This document shows, piece by piece, positions 52,890 to 64,000 of a DNA stretch of 64,000 bases. The DNA lies in assembly GCA_028534125.1 (NCBI GenBank), contig CM052817.1, positions 99,574,001 to 99,638,000 on the forward strand. The letters run 5' to 3'. Made by a program: the position numbers and the translations under genes. A model generated the notes under the pieces. That model had not been told where the DNA came from. It did not search any database and saw only the letters and a list, made by a program, of their open reading frames with translations. Source of the DNA: Lama glama (taxonomy: Eukaryota). Each line of letters opens with the position of its first letter. Position 1 is the stretch's first letter.

Positions 52890-53880
52890 TTATTTTGAAA
52901 ATTTCAAGTCTACAGAAAAGTTGAAGGAACAATTAACACCCATATACACTTTTAATCTATTCACCCATTATTAATATTTTCCCATATTTGCTCTGTTTTA
53001 TCTCTTGCTGTTTTTGTCCCTCATGAATTATTTGAGAGGATGCTACAAACATAAGCCGGTATCACCTCTAATACGTCTGTATACATCTCCTAAGAATAAG
53101 GACATTCTCCCACATAACAGCATTCTTATTATACACCTAAACAAAGTAATATTAATAAAATATTATCTAAAATACAATTTGTATCTGAATTTTCTTAATT
53201 ATCCCCAAAGTATCTTTTTTTTAATCTGGATTTTAAAATTCCAGATTAAAAAAAAAATCAGTCTCTTTTAATCTAGAATACTTTCCGAGCCTTTCTGTAT
53301 TTTTCACGACATCACCTTTTCTGCCAAGACAACCACTGCATAAGCGCTATCTATGTGTATTGCTAATGCGTCATCTGGAGCCACATACTGTCCGGTTGTC
53401 TCACGAGTGGGATATATATAAGTTGACCACTTGATTAAGAATGTGATCACCACATATCTTTATTGAAAAGGTGCATTTTTCCCTTTCTAATTAAAAACTT
53501 AAATATCATTTTAAGTCAGTATGAATATCTATTCCTCCAACAGTTTTTCTACCCAAGTTTTAGGAGCCACTGATGATCCCTGCCTGAATCAACTATTACA
53601 CTGAGGATTGTAAAATGATGATTTTGTGATCCTAGGATTTCTTCTATGTGGATTTTTAAAAATCCAGTGCATTAGAATCCGTTATCATTCAAAATGTTTT
53701 CGCTATTCAAATTGTCCCAGATTTGGCCAGCCTCTTGACGCTGCCCTCTGGGCTTTTATGACATGACCCCAGCAGTCGGTCATTTCCTTCCTTTCTGTCA
53801 CCAGGCTTACTTGTGCCTCCTCCTTCCTGAGACCTGGAATTAGCCATTCCTCCAGGGATCCCTGGTTCCTCTTAGAGGGG
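52890..53880 (-). mobile_element. Old L1M fragment
   Basis: ttttattttgaaaatttcaagtctacagaaaagttg; cctaagaataaggacattctc; agccattcctccagggatccctggttcc. Confidence 0.75.
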
Positions 53881-54019
53881 AGGAACATTTAGGAGGAATA
53901 TTTTTTCTAGTCTCTGCTATATGCCAGCCCTCCAGGTGTCTGAAGCCAGTTATTTCTGTCCCATATTCCTCCCTGACTTCCAAACCAAGGCTAACTCCAC
54001 CCGGATTCTTACACAAGTC

Positions 54020-54170
54020 TTCAGTGTTTCCCAGCCTGGCTCTACATCAGAATCACTGGGAGCCTTCTTTAATATACAGATTCTCAGGATCCACTCACTC
54101 CATTCTTACTGAACGAGAATCTCTCAGGTAGAGCGTGGGACTCTGTTTTTGTTTTTTCAAGTTCCCCAAT
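54020..54170. mobile_element. MER5A-like hAT MITE
   Basis: catcagaatcactgggagcc...aatatacagattctcagg...gaatctct. Confidence 0.65.
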
Positions 54171-55810
54171 TAATATCAATATTATTATCAATATCAATCA
54201 AGTACTTCAATTTTTCAAGGCCTTGTGGGACCAGAATTGGACATAATATCAAAAACATGGTTTAGAGCTATTTTTCTTACACTGCAGACATTATAGTTAC
54301 TTCAGCATAATTAATCAATGCTGACATTTTGGGGGAGGTAAAGGTAAAGGCATGAAATTTTTGACTTACAATGAATTTATGAAGAATTAAATCCTCAAGA
54401 TTTTTTCAAACATATTAAGTCACATCTCTCCTATCTCCTATGATCCACTGATCTTTCAGACCTAGGTGTAAGGATTTACATTTGTTCCAATTAACACTCA
54501 TATTGCATAATTAAGTCGGTATGTCAAGGGTCTTACGGATCCCGATTTTACCATCCTAAGTATTTTTTACCCTTGCAACTTTATGACACTCATAGCATCC
54601 TGTCAAAGTCCTCTTCTATTGGTTTTTTCCTATATCTTACACACTTTTCTATAATGTGTTCATAGTTACATAACTGTGTTTGTCAAAACTCATAGACTCA
54701 TACACCAAAAAGAGTGAATTTTAATGTATGAGAATTACACCTGAAAGAAAAAAATCAGCTTTATATTCCAAATACTCAGCTACATTTTTTTCCCAGATTA
54801 TGTCTCACTAACTTACTCTGATTGACAATCTCTGCAAAATGTATTGCTATTCTAATTAATCGAGTTTTCATAGATTTTGTATTTTTTTTCATCCCAGGTC
54901 AATGTATTCTAAGGTTTGACATCTGAAAAGTATCAAGATTTGGTTTACTAGGCCAGTCAACCCAGTGAACACATTGTTACCATTTCATCAGTTCTCACAA
55001 TCTAAGATGCAAAGAAAAAGTGACAGAATGTAGAATAAGATGGAAATAATATTTAAAAAATTACAATCTTTCACAAAACTGGGTTTCAAAATGGAATACA
55101 GGTCTGCCATTCTTGCCTAGGAATGGAAGTTAGACAATTTTCCGCCTATAACTTTGACAAGGATTTTAAAAAATACTCTTCAGTGCTGGTGAGAGCCTTG
55201 TGAGATACATTCTCAGATGGCGAGAGTGAGAGGCTGAGATGATATGACCTTCCTGGCTATTTGAAAGTGTCTAACACGAACTTAAAGAATTCAATTGGAA
55301 TACATTTTTCTCAAAAAAAAAAAGTCTAGAAAGAAATTACATCAAAATTTTGGCAACAGCCAGTCATCCTAGCTCATGAAAGACATGCTGTTTTGTCTTG
55401 TTTTTAATGCTTTTTCTCTTAAAAAAATAATTTTAAAATTTCTACAATGAGCCCATGTTAGTTTTATAATTAGGAAAAAAGTAGCACACATTTACATAAT
55501 TACCAATTAAAGAAAAGGAAGGAAAATGAACCAAGGAAGGAAGGAAATAGGGCTAAATAATTTTTTTGTAAAGATATACCTGTCACTAATAGGAATTTTC
55601 AAAATAAAATGTCTTCCAGGTAGTCAATAATTTTATAAAGAATTTTTGTTCAGAGAATGAACAGTATTTCCCTTGTGAAGCTTCTCTGAGTGCTACAGAA
55701 GATTCAAATATACAGTATTTCTAAAAGGGATACTTGCACTGCCAAAATATTGGAACAATATTTTCCAAACGAGAGGCTTTATACAGTAATTAAATACTAT
55801 AAATTCATAC

Positions 55811-55850
55811 CTTGAAGAACGATGCTCTGGTTTATTTCGTTCGTTTCGAT
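55811..55850 (-). CDS. SH3D19: SH3D19 exon E2 (40 nt, phase 1->2): (D)RNERNKPEHRSS(S)
   Basis: Minus strand ctctttacag|ATCGAAACG...TCTTCAAG|gtatga; peptide matches the recalled long-isoform N-terminus. Confidence 0.9.
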
Positions 55851-56416
55851 CTGTAAAGAGAGAAGACAGTTACATGTCAAAATGCTCTTTAGAAGTCCTA
55901 GAAAAGAAATTCTTAAGCACCAGCTGCCATACCATTAGATTCACAAAGGACTGTTCAAAGGTTGCTGTGACTTCCATGTATAAGGCTCTCCTTCAGAGCT
56001 GAGAGGATGTGTCTGATAGAGGAGGCAGAAAAGATATAAAGAAGGACAGGCATGTAAAGTTTTTACAGTTTGTGAAAATCATCTACTTAGAAAATATATC
56101 ATTACATGTATTATTTCATTTTCAAAGATCTTTGCTGTTTAAAACACTTTGCTAAAACCAAAACAAATTTAGCTAAGGAAAGAAAGTAAGGGAACTGAAA
56201 AGCCACAAATTACTCAGCTCGAAAAAATCATTCCATGAATCATGGTTGGCAAAAGCTTCTAACAGGATGGGGAGGGGAAAAAAATGAGCAGTCAGCTACA
56301 GCAACATCTGCAAATTCACTGAGACCAGGACAGCCTCATCCTTAACTCTCTATCACCCAGAACTTCTCAGAAGTTGGATTTCCATGTTTCACAGATAATT
56401 AGGCCTGACATGCTAA

Positions 56417-56628
56417 CAGTGGTTCTCAACCATGGGCAATTTTGCTCTCTCTCCACGAGGGGACATCTGGCAATGCCTGGAGACATTTTGGTTGTCACAA
56501 CTGGGGAGGAAGGAGCTACTGGCATCCAGTGGGTAGAGACCAGGGATGCTGCTGCCGTTCCACATGCACCCTGCAACAAAGAATTATCTCACCCAAAATG
56601 TCAACAGTGCTGAAGTTAAGAAACCCTG
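56417..56628 (+). mobile_element. MER20 (hAT-Charlie)
   Basis: cagtggttctcaac...ggcaatgcctggagacattttggttgtcacaactgggg...gaaaccctg. Confidence 0.88.
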
Positions 56629-57571
56629 CAATGGGGTAAGAGACAAGAGCATGGCTGCTTGAAGCTCTTAAAAGTGCCTCTTTGGACTGCTGTGAAATGC
56701 TGTTAATCAAACTGAAGACTTCTACATACAAGACAAAAGACCACAAAACCCAAAGGCTATCTTTCTTTGACTCTGAGTAATAATTTTTTTTTCAGTACAT
56801 GCTTATAAACAAATATAAAGTAAAAAGATCTTAGTGCTATGAAAAAAACTAGCAACAGAAAGCAATGTGTAAGCCACAATAAATTCCTATACAATGACAT
56901 TTTAAAATCCTATGCAATGTTAACAGAGTTTCATTTTCTAAAGTATTTTCTGAATTAATACTAACATGATATAATTTAATGGCAAAACAAAGATTAGACA
57001 GGAATTATTTTTTTCTTCTTCTTAATTTTATTGCTGATGGAGCAGCATAAAGATAATGAAAACATTCTCTAAAACGTCTAGAGAGAATTTATGGAAGAAA
57101 AGGAATCAGATTTACATGGTTAAATATAAATTCTCTCTGAATGGGTTCATAATAAAAAAGAAATGTCTTTTTAAAACAAAGAGCAGACAGGAAGACGCTG
57201 TTCTCTGAAACACTAATAAGTAAGAAGAGTCACAATAAAAAATATTTTGCTCTTCAAAACACACAATGTTAATAATATGCTTCTGGTTCCAATTTCTCTA
57301 CACAGTGACTTAGTGTTACTGCCGCTTTTAAAACTTTCGTTTTAATTTAACTTGGTTTTATCCTTCCCTTAAATAAAAATATGTTTTTTCACTTGTTGAG
57401 CACTAAAAATTTCAAGTCAGCAATAGAACGCGCATTTTAATCATTTTTTTCAATCGTTCTTCTTCAGCTTTTAGCCTGTTAGTTTTGCTATCAAAAGTTA
57501 AGTATAATGTCCCAAAGTAAAGCTAAAAACTAGATGCAGATCAGCTGTCCTCATAACAAAGCAACTCTTAC

Positions 57572-57800
57572 CTGTGGATACAGATGAGCTAAAAGTCTGC
57601 CAGTAATACCATTGGATGTGGCTGTGGTCCTAGTTTTGAACAGCTTTCTTTAGGCACATAACAGCGAGTTCCCTTACAAACTTCCCAGTCATACAAGACA
57701 CAGGAGGAGGGGAGAAACAGAGTCACAGTGCATGTAAACAAGACTCGGCATCTGAGGGCTTCCTTCCAGGGCCTGTTCTGATTGGCAGATGTGCTACGAC
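57572..57800 (-). other. SH3D19: Candidate non-coding alternative first exon / internal promoter (5' end uncertain)
   Basis: Strong donor CAG|gtaaga at 57572/57571, 1.7 kb upstream of E2, in non-repetitive sequence; no in-frame ATG after the last in-frame stop. Confidence 0.45.
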
Positions 57801-59562
57801 CAGTCTGCACAGCTGGAATGCGGCCACTCAGGAAGGGAATGGCTCATAGCTCTCCTTCATTCTTGGTTAAAACAGGAAACTACAGTCATTTTAATACTTT
57901 CTGCTCTAGTGAAATACAAATGTCTCCCCACTGTCCTTCTCTATTAAGAAGTAATTAAAATCCAAGACAATAACTTGATAATCTGTTGGAGGATAGTTTA
58001 AACGTTTCCTCCCAAATTCACTCTTAGGGTTGTATGTGTTACATTTCCATGTAAACAAGCACACACAGTGTTTATAACATGTTACTGCTATGACCCATAT
58101 ATTTGATAATTTGAGGGTAAGGGTAAATTACCAATTATTCACAATTTTCCCCGTCCCCTAGCTCCCGGCAATAGAGAGAAAACGAAAATACATGCTTTTG
58201 GCTTGATCTTTTTTCTCAAAGTATACAATTAATTGGACTTCACATTGTGCCAGAAGCCATCTTTTAGCTTGAAAACATGGAAATATGTAGTGTGTGTATG
58301 TTGTGTATCTGTGTCTACACATACTTTTATATACTTAATTTAAGCAAAGTAATTTTCATGACAGCCGAGACTATTGCGCAATTGTCAAGAAATACATTAG
58401 TGGGAATGCTGAATTTCTGGCAAAATAATAAGTAGTTATTTTGGTCCAAAAGCTAAGACTGAACAAAACAAAGCACTGAGGGCTGATTTGGGATCTGGAT
58501 CTTGCCAACAATAATAAAACATTTGGATTAAAATCCCCTTAAGAAAAATGAGAACAGATCTATAGCAAATATGGAAATTTCATCTTGACTGTATATGGTG
58601 CTTTAAGCGTATGGATTCTATTTATTTCAAATCAAGTACTCTTTGGCACATCCCCCTAGTTTTTTTTTTTTTTCAGAGTTTCTTCTAATTTTTAAATAAT
58701 TAGGAGAGAATAAGCTTGCAAAGGCTTCCCAAATTTTTACATACTTAGAAATCACACAAAGTCTCACCATTTCTATGAAGAAAAGAGCTATTAAAAATAA
58801 GAATGCCCTAACTCTAAAATTTAGTTGCCAAATGGTGCACATTTGCTGTAAACAATGCACCAACTCCAGGGGCCCACTAAGCAGACCTGATGATTGAGGT
58901 CACCCAAAGATCAGCAGGACACTCTCAGTGTGAAGGTCAGCATGGCTGGACGGCTGTGTGAAAGTCTGCTGGTTTTGTAGGTCTGCATCACACATGTGCA
59001 CAAAGGCACAGAAAGAGGCACAGAGAGAGCTTGCATTCCCTGTCCCTACTCATCCATGTCTCCTGGTTAATAAAGCTGATTGAGGAAATGGAAGAATACC
59101 CTGCAAGCAGAACAAAGGCAGAAAGCAGGCAGAACTGGTGCACAGGGTGTTGAGGGCTGTATGTGCGTAAATGTCATGGCGGGGGGGTGGGCAGAAGGAG
59201 AATCCATGGCACATCGAGGGCACCGAGAAACAGGAGAGCAGCAGGAAGCTACCATGGGTCAGTGACTTTGTGTGAGAACTTCGGAACCTTTCCCTCCCTG
59301 ACGACTTCTGGTTCCAAGTAATCCAGACATGCACGATTCCAGTGTCTATACAGTTAGGCGGTACACGATCTTTGTAGAAACAGGCCCCTGTTCTCACAGG
59401 CTTTTGGGGAGTGGCTAGACAGATTCTACTGACATTATTATTCAGAGTGATTCTGAATCTAATATGACAAACACTTTGAAATGAAGAAGACAAAAATGCA
59501 AATGTCATCTTTTTCTTTGATTAAAACTAAAAAGGCCAAGTCATTAGAATCTATTGTAAACC

Positions 59563-59704
59563 GGGGAGAGGGTATACCTCAAGTTGTAGGGTGCATGCTT
59601 AGCATACACGAGGTCCTGGGTTCAATCCCCAGTACCTCCTCTAAAAATAAACAAACCTAATTAACCCCCCCAAAGTAAAAATAAATAAAACTAAAAAAAA
59701 TAAT
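59563..59704 (+). mobile_element. tRNA-derived SINE, camelid Vic-1-like
   Basis: ggggagagggtatacctcaagttgtag (A box)...ggttcaatccc (B box), A-rich tail; perfect 12-bp TSD aatctattgtaa at 59548-59559 and 59705-59716. Confidence 0.88.
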
Positions 59705-60434
59705 AATCTATTGTAAGACATTCGGCTTTGAGAATTTGGCTTTGATCACTTAATGGGAAAGAAAAATCACCCCCACTGGGTAGGGACTTATACTACTAAC
59801 TCAAGTCAACAATGAAAGGTCCTAAATCATTCTCTGAAATTAGTGGGAAGACTCAGTCCATGGGAATCAGTATTTATAGACACCCTCACAACAGAGTAGG
59901 AATGTGTCTTGTACCTCATACTGAAGTAGTAAAATCTCTTCTCAGAATGAGTATTACCCATGAATGGATTTCGTATCATACCCCAAAGCATTACTTACAT
60001 ACTCCAGCTTGGGTGTATATACAAATAGTTTATGTTATTCTTTAAAAATGATCAATCCCACACAAATGCTTTATGCCACTCAGTATTAACTAAAAGATCC
60101 GCACATTCTGAAGAACTCTTTGCAGCAACAATGTCATTACCTCTTTACTTATGATAAGCAGGATAAATAAAACAATGATTCCATCCACTAGAAGACAGAA
60201 GATATTCAGGGTTCACAGATCTTACTTTAATGACTCTTTAAATGATAGCAGAACTGGTTCTACTCAAATAGAAAGCGGAAGGAATTTTACATATCTGAGA
60301 TGAGAGTTTCAGAGGATTTTTTAAAATCTTTAAATGGTTCTTACATGCAGGCAGAGAAAACAGGAAATATGTCCCCTTGAAAAGAACCCAGCATTCGTTT
60401 CACAAATCACTGACACCAGCTGATACCTACTCAC

Positions 60435-60561
60435 CTCCTCCTTCCAATTCCATTTCACCACTCTCCTTCAGGTGTGTTTCCAAACTGACTTTTAGCCACT
60501 TTTGAGACTCCCACAATGACTAGAATATTTCTTCTTTAAATGGTAGGTTTTCAATAAACAT
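60435..60561 (-). other. SH3D19: Candidate alternative first exon, coding portion MFIENLPFKEEIF*SLWESQKWLKVSLETHLKESGEMELEGG, phase 1 into E2
   Basis: Consensus donor GAG|gtgagt at 60435/60434; ATGs at 60561 and 60453 both in frame with E2; single TAG at 60522-60520. Confidence 0.5.
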
Positions 60562-61448
60562 ATTTTTGTTGTTAAGTAAGAAAGTTACTGTGCTCTCTGT
60601 CCAAAACACCCAGAAATGAAAGTCAGCTTCTGAGAGTTACACTACAGGAGAGCAGAGAGGCAGATGAGAGAGACGTTTATGTGAGCGCTGCCTGTGCTTC
60701 TGTGGGTACGTGGAAAAGTCTGGTCTACAGTACAGTCAGTGCTGACGCCTTTCATTAATTCTAATTATAAAGGGCCTCAACTCGTTAAAATGCAGCACCC
60801 TCATCACAGGGAGGGGGAAATTAGAGAGAGAAGGGAAGTTTTTTCAACACAGGAGTTCTGTTTCATAAAAGAAGCAGACTGTGTCTGGAGTCTGTTTCCT
60901 CCACCCCGTGCCCACTGCCTTTCCTGGTATTTTAGGCTCTGATCAGCACTTATCTGGATGTTTGTATCTCACCTGGTTTTCTGGTTCCTGTCTCTTCCCC
61001 TCCAATTCAGCCATATTGCTGGACAGATAAGTCCATGCCTCAGAAAAACTACAAATCACCACATGCCACAGACCCTGAGATGATTCCATGAGGTGACAAC
61101 AGTGCCATCCTCCCTCAGTAACTGCAGTAACACCGTCACGCGTTAGAAGGCCAGCTGTTAACTAGGTGCAGTGACTGGTGCTGCACGGCAGTGGTCATAC
61201 AGGTTCCTCAGCCTCTCTAAACCTCGGTTATCTCATCTATAAAATGGGGAAGAATCCTATCTTCATAGCGTTTTTGTGAGGATAAATGGATTAAAGGGTA
61301 TAAAGAACTTAGCTCAGTACCTGGAACACACATTTTATGACTCTAATTCTGTTACCACTGCTCTTATTATTATTATTCATTAATGTCTGGCTCAAGAACC
61401 ACCTTCTTTGTGAAACCACCCCTGATTCCTCTTTCTCTTCAACATTCT

Positions 61449-61916
61449 TGTATTTTTTTTTTAACATTGCTGTAACAAATTCCCTCAAACTCTGTGGCTT
61501 AAAACAACAAAAATGTATTATCTTACAGTTCTAGAGGTGAGAAGTCGAAACAGGTGACGACTAGGCTAAAATCAAGGTGTGTGCACAGCTACATTCCTTC
61601 TGGAGGCTCAAGGAGAGAATCAGTTTCCTTGCCCTCTCCAGCTTCCCGAGGTCCCTGCATTCCTTGGCTATGGCTCTTTCCTCCAACAATGCAGCATCTT
61701 TAAATCTGACTCTGACCTCCTCTCCTGCCCTCCTCTTCCACTTTAGAGGGGCCTTATGAATACCCTGGGCTTGACAGGATAATCCAAAACAATGTTATGT
61801 CAAGGTCAGGTGATAAGGAATCTTAATTGCTCTTTGCTATTCAGTGTAATGTGTTCACAGGTTCCAGGGGTAGGACATGACTTCTCTGAGTGGAGAGCAT
61901 TATTCTGCCTACCACA
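61449..61916 (-). mobile_element. MaLR solo LTR (MLT1-type)
   Basis: tgctgtaacaaat...ggcttaaaacaaca...ttatcttacagttctagagg...tattctgcctaccaca. Confidence 0.85.
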
Positions 61917-63094
61917 TCCTGTCTGAACTCTCATGCTATCTGTACCATTCACTTGACATTTAGCACAGTATTGCATTATTATTTAAAGTTTTAAGCGTGT
62001 GCCTATCCCCTTACTAATCACTGATGACGGCAGGACTCTGTCTTAGATTCTGCCTCACAGTCAGCCCTCTGCAAGTGTCTGTTGACAATGGTGATAGCCA
62101 ATGCCCTCCCATTCCCTTTTCTGACCTGCATCCTTTAGGCTGTAAGTTGGTTCACTGATATATCTGATATTGCTAAAAAAAAAAAAAAGTCTTCCTAAGA
62201 ATTCCCATACATTTTTATTTTTTATAAACACCTTAGTATTTAAAAGGCACCTTTGCCCTAAAATGACCCACATTTGGTCTATTCTTCTGTCTCAGAGTAG
62301 CTCTCACCCAACGGAACTACACACAGGAGAAAAAATTACAGCATATTTGAACTGGAATAAGAATCCGCTATTTAGCAATGGCTAGTACTTCTTTTTAAAC
62401 AACTCTTCTTTAAAATGGTTCAACTGAATCATTTTGATTTTTGAGTTCAACTCACTATTAAAATAGGCTTTTTATGAGTTGAGTTTTTAGGGTTAGTTTC
62501 AGAGATGAAAAATCAGAACCACCACCTATACTGCTCCTTTACACCCCAAAGTGAATTTGGTAGAGACTTTAGGAAGATGGACATTTCATCAGTGCCACTC
62601 ACGTCCCAGGAGGCGAGGTGATGAGGGAAGCAGAAACAGAAGCAGGCTTAGCGGCAAGGTGTCATCAAACTTCCTTGCTGCTCCCACCTCAAGCTCCCTA
62701 GTGATTCTCTTAACAATTACTTTCATAACTCTTCCTGTTACAAAAATCTCACTTCTTTTCAGCAAGTGAAACTTGTGATTTAAGAAGAAATAAAAAGACT
62801 TTTTAGTTATATATAAATCTCTATTCCTTCAATTGCCAAATCAAAAATATTAGACCCATATTCAAAATATCAGGCCAATCCTAAAGGTTTTTCTAAAGGA
62901 GTCATAATTTCACCTGGAATAAGATATGCTACAAGAAAGGCAGCCTAAAAAGTGACCCAAAAACAGAGACTGCTTTCAGTGTTTTCCCAGTTGTAAAAAC
63001 CTCTGGGATAGTCTCAAAGTATATTAGTATATTAGCTTAAGAGTATATTAGCTTAAAAGCTCTAAGAAATCTTACAATGAAAACATCAGTTTAA

Positions 63095-63350
63095 AACTTA
63101 TGATCACCAAAGGGGAAGGGTGGGGAGGGATAAACTGGGAGTTTAGGATTAGCCGATAACAAACTATGATATACAGAATAGATAAACAACAAGGTCCTAC
63201 TGTATAGCACAGGGCACTATATTCAATAACTTGTAATAACCTATAATGAAAAAGAATATGAAAAAGAATATATATGTATAACTGAGTCACTGTGCTGCAC
63301 ACCAGAAACTAACACAACATTGTAAATCAATTACACTTCAATTTAAAAAA
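63095..63350 (+). mobile_element. L1 3' end
   Basis: gggataaactgggagtttaggatt...tacacttcaatttaaaaaa. Confidence 0.85.
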
Positions 63351-63384
63351 ATTTGTGTAACTTTAACTAGCATTTCTCAAACTA

Positions 63385-64000
63385 ATTTTTTTTTTAACTA
63401 AACTTGATTTACAATGCTGTACTAGTTTCTGGTGTACAGCATAGTGATTCAGTTACCATATATATATATTCTTTTTCATTATAGGGTATTACAAGATATT
63501 GAATATAGTTCCCTGTGCTATACGGTAGGACCTTGTTTATCTATTTTATTTATAGTAGTTTATATCTGCTAATCCCAAACTCCTAATTTATCCCTCTGCC
63601 CTTTCTCCTTTGGTAACTATACGTTTGTTTTCTATGTCTGTGAGTCTCTGTTTTGTAAATAAGTTCATTTGTATCATTTTTTTTTTTAGATTCAACATGT
63701 AAGTGCTATCATGATACTTGTCTTTCTCTTTCTGACTTACTTCACTTAGTATGAGAATCTCTAGTTCATCCATGTTGCTGTAAATGGCATTATTTCATTC
63801 CTTTTTATGGTTGACTAGTAGGTCATTGCATACATATACTACATCTCCTTTATCCATTCATCTGTTGGTGGACATTTAGGTTGCTTCCACATCTTAGTTA
63901 TTGTAAACAGTGCTGCTATAAACACTGGAGTGCATAAATCTATTAGAGTTTTCTCTGGATATATATCCAGGAGTGGGATTGCTGGATCATATGGTCACTC
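63385..64000 (-). mobile_element. L1 3' portion, tail-to-tail with the preceding L1, runs off the window
   Basis: T-tract then ttgatttacaatg...; ORF 63588..63773 MDELEILILSEVSQKEKDKYH is the L1 ORF2 C-terminus. Confidence 0.9.

Larger units (their letters stand above)
1..64000 (-). other. SH3D19: SH3D19 gene body (partial; introns plus internal exons)
   Basis: Eight exons with GT-AG boundaries and compatible phases join into a continuous ORF DRNERNKPEHRSSSQGPLSSIRAVIKRS...PEITIVAAEPLRPASWFPG...LPPSYEQVIKE...MNIMNTERSQN...DPFQLP...CLHEEDPQSPPPLP...RNL, recognised as mammalian SH3D19. Confidence 0.95.

Noticed and set aside
59563..59640. tRNA-Ala-like gene
   Set aside because: Has an A-rich tail, TSDs and damaged stems, so it is a SINE rather than a tRNA.
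1..64000. Prokaryotic-type systems (CRISPR, operons) or a second nested protein-coding gene
   Set aside because: The sequence is mammalian intron/exon DNA; no repeat-spacer array and no second coherent exon chain was seen on either strand.

Overview
Mammalian genomic DNA, very probably camelid (tRNA-derived Vic-1-type SINE at 59563-59704 plus young L1 3' ends). The whole window lies inside SH3D19 (SH3 domain containing 19, EBP/Eve-1) on the minus strand. Eight GT-AG coding exons (provisional E2-E9; 55850 down to 1037) splice into one open frame matching the proline-rich N-terminal half of SH3D19 as I recall it. The usual first exon and the SH3-domain exons lie outside the window. Introns are filled with L1, L2, MIR, hAT DNA transposons and LTRs. 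Most interesting observations: (1) a 1044-bp ERV2-like solo LTR with a 6-bp TSD, nested in an L1, whose U3 carries a half-CTE (NXF1/TAP-binding RNA export hairpin); (2) an extra 40-nt exon (17454-17493) with the same phases as E4, i.e. a probable mutually exclusive pair, which supplies the only in-frame ATG upstream of the short-isoform start; (3) a candidate alternative first coding exon (60435-60561) in frame with E2 but interrupted by a TAG; (4) further candidate 5' exons, a tandem splice donor and endocytic/WW-binding motifs. No tools were used; repeat family names and protein identity come from recalled consensus sequences, and the boundaries of old repeats are approximate.
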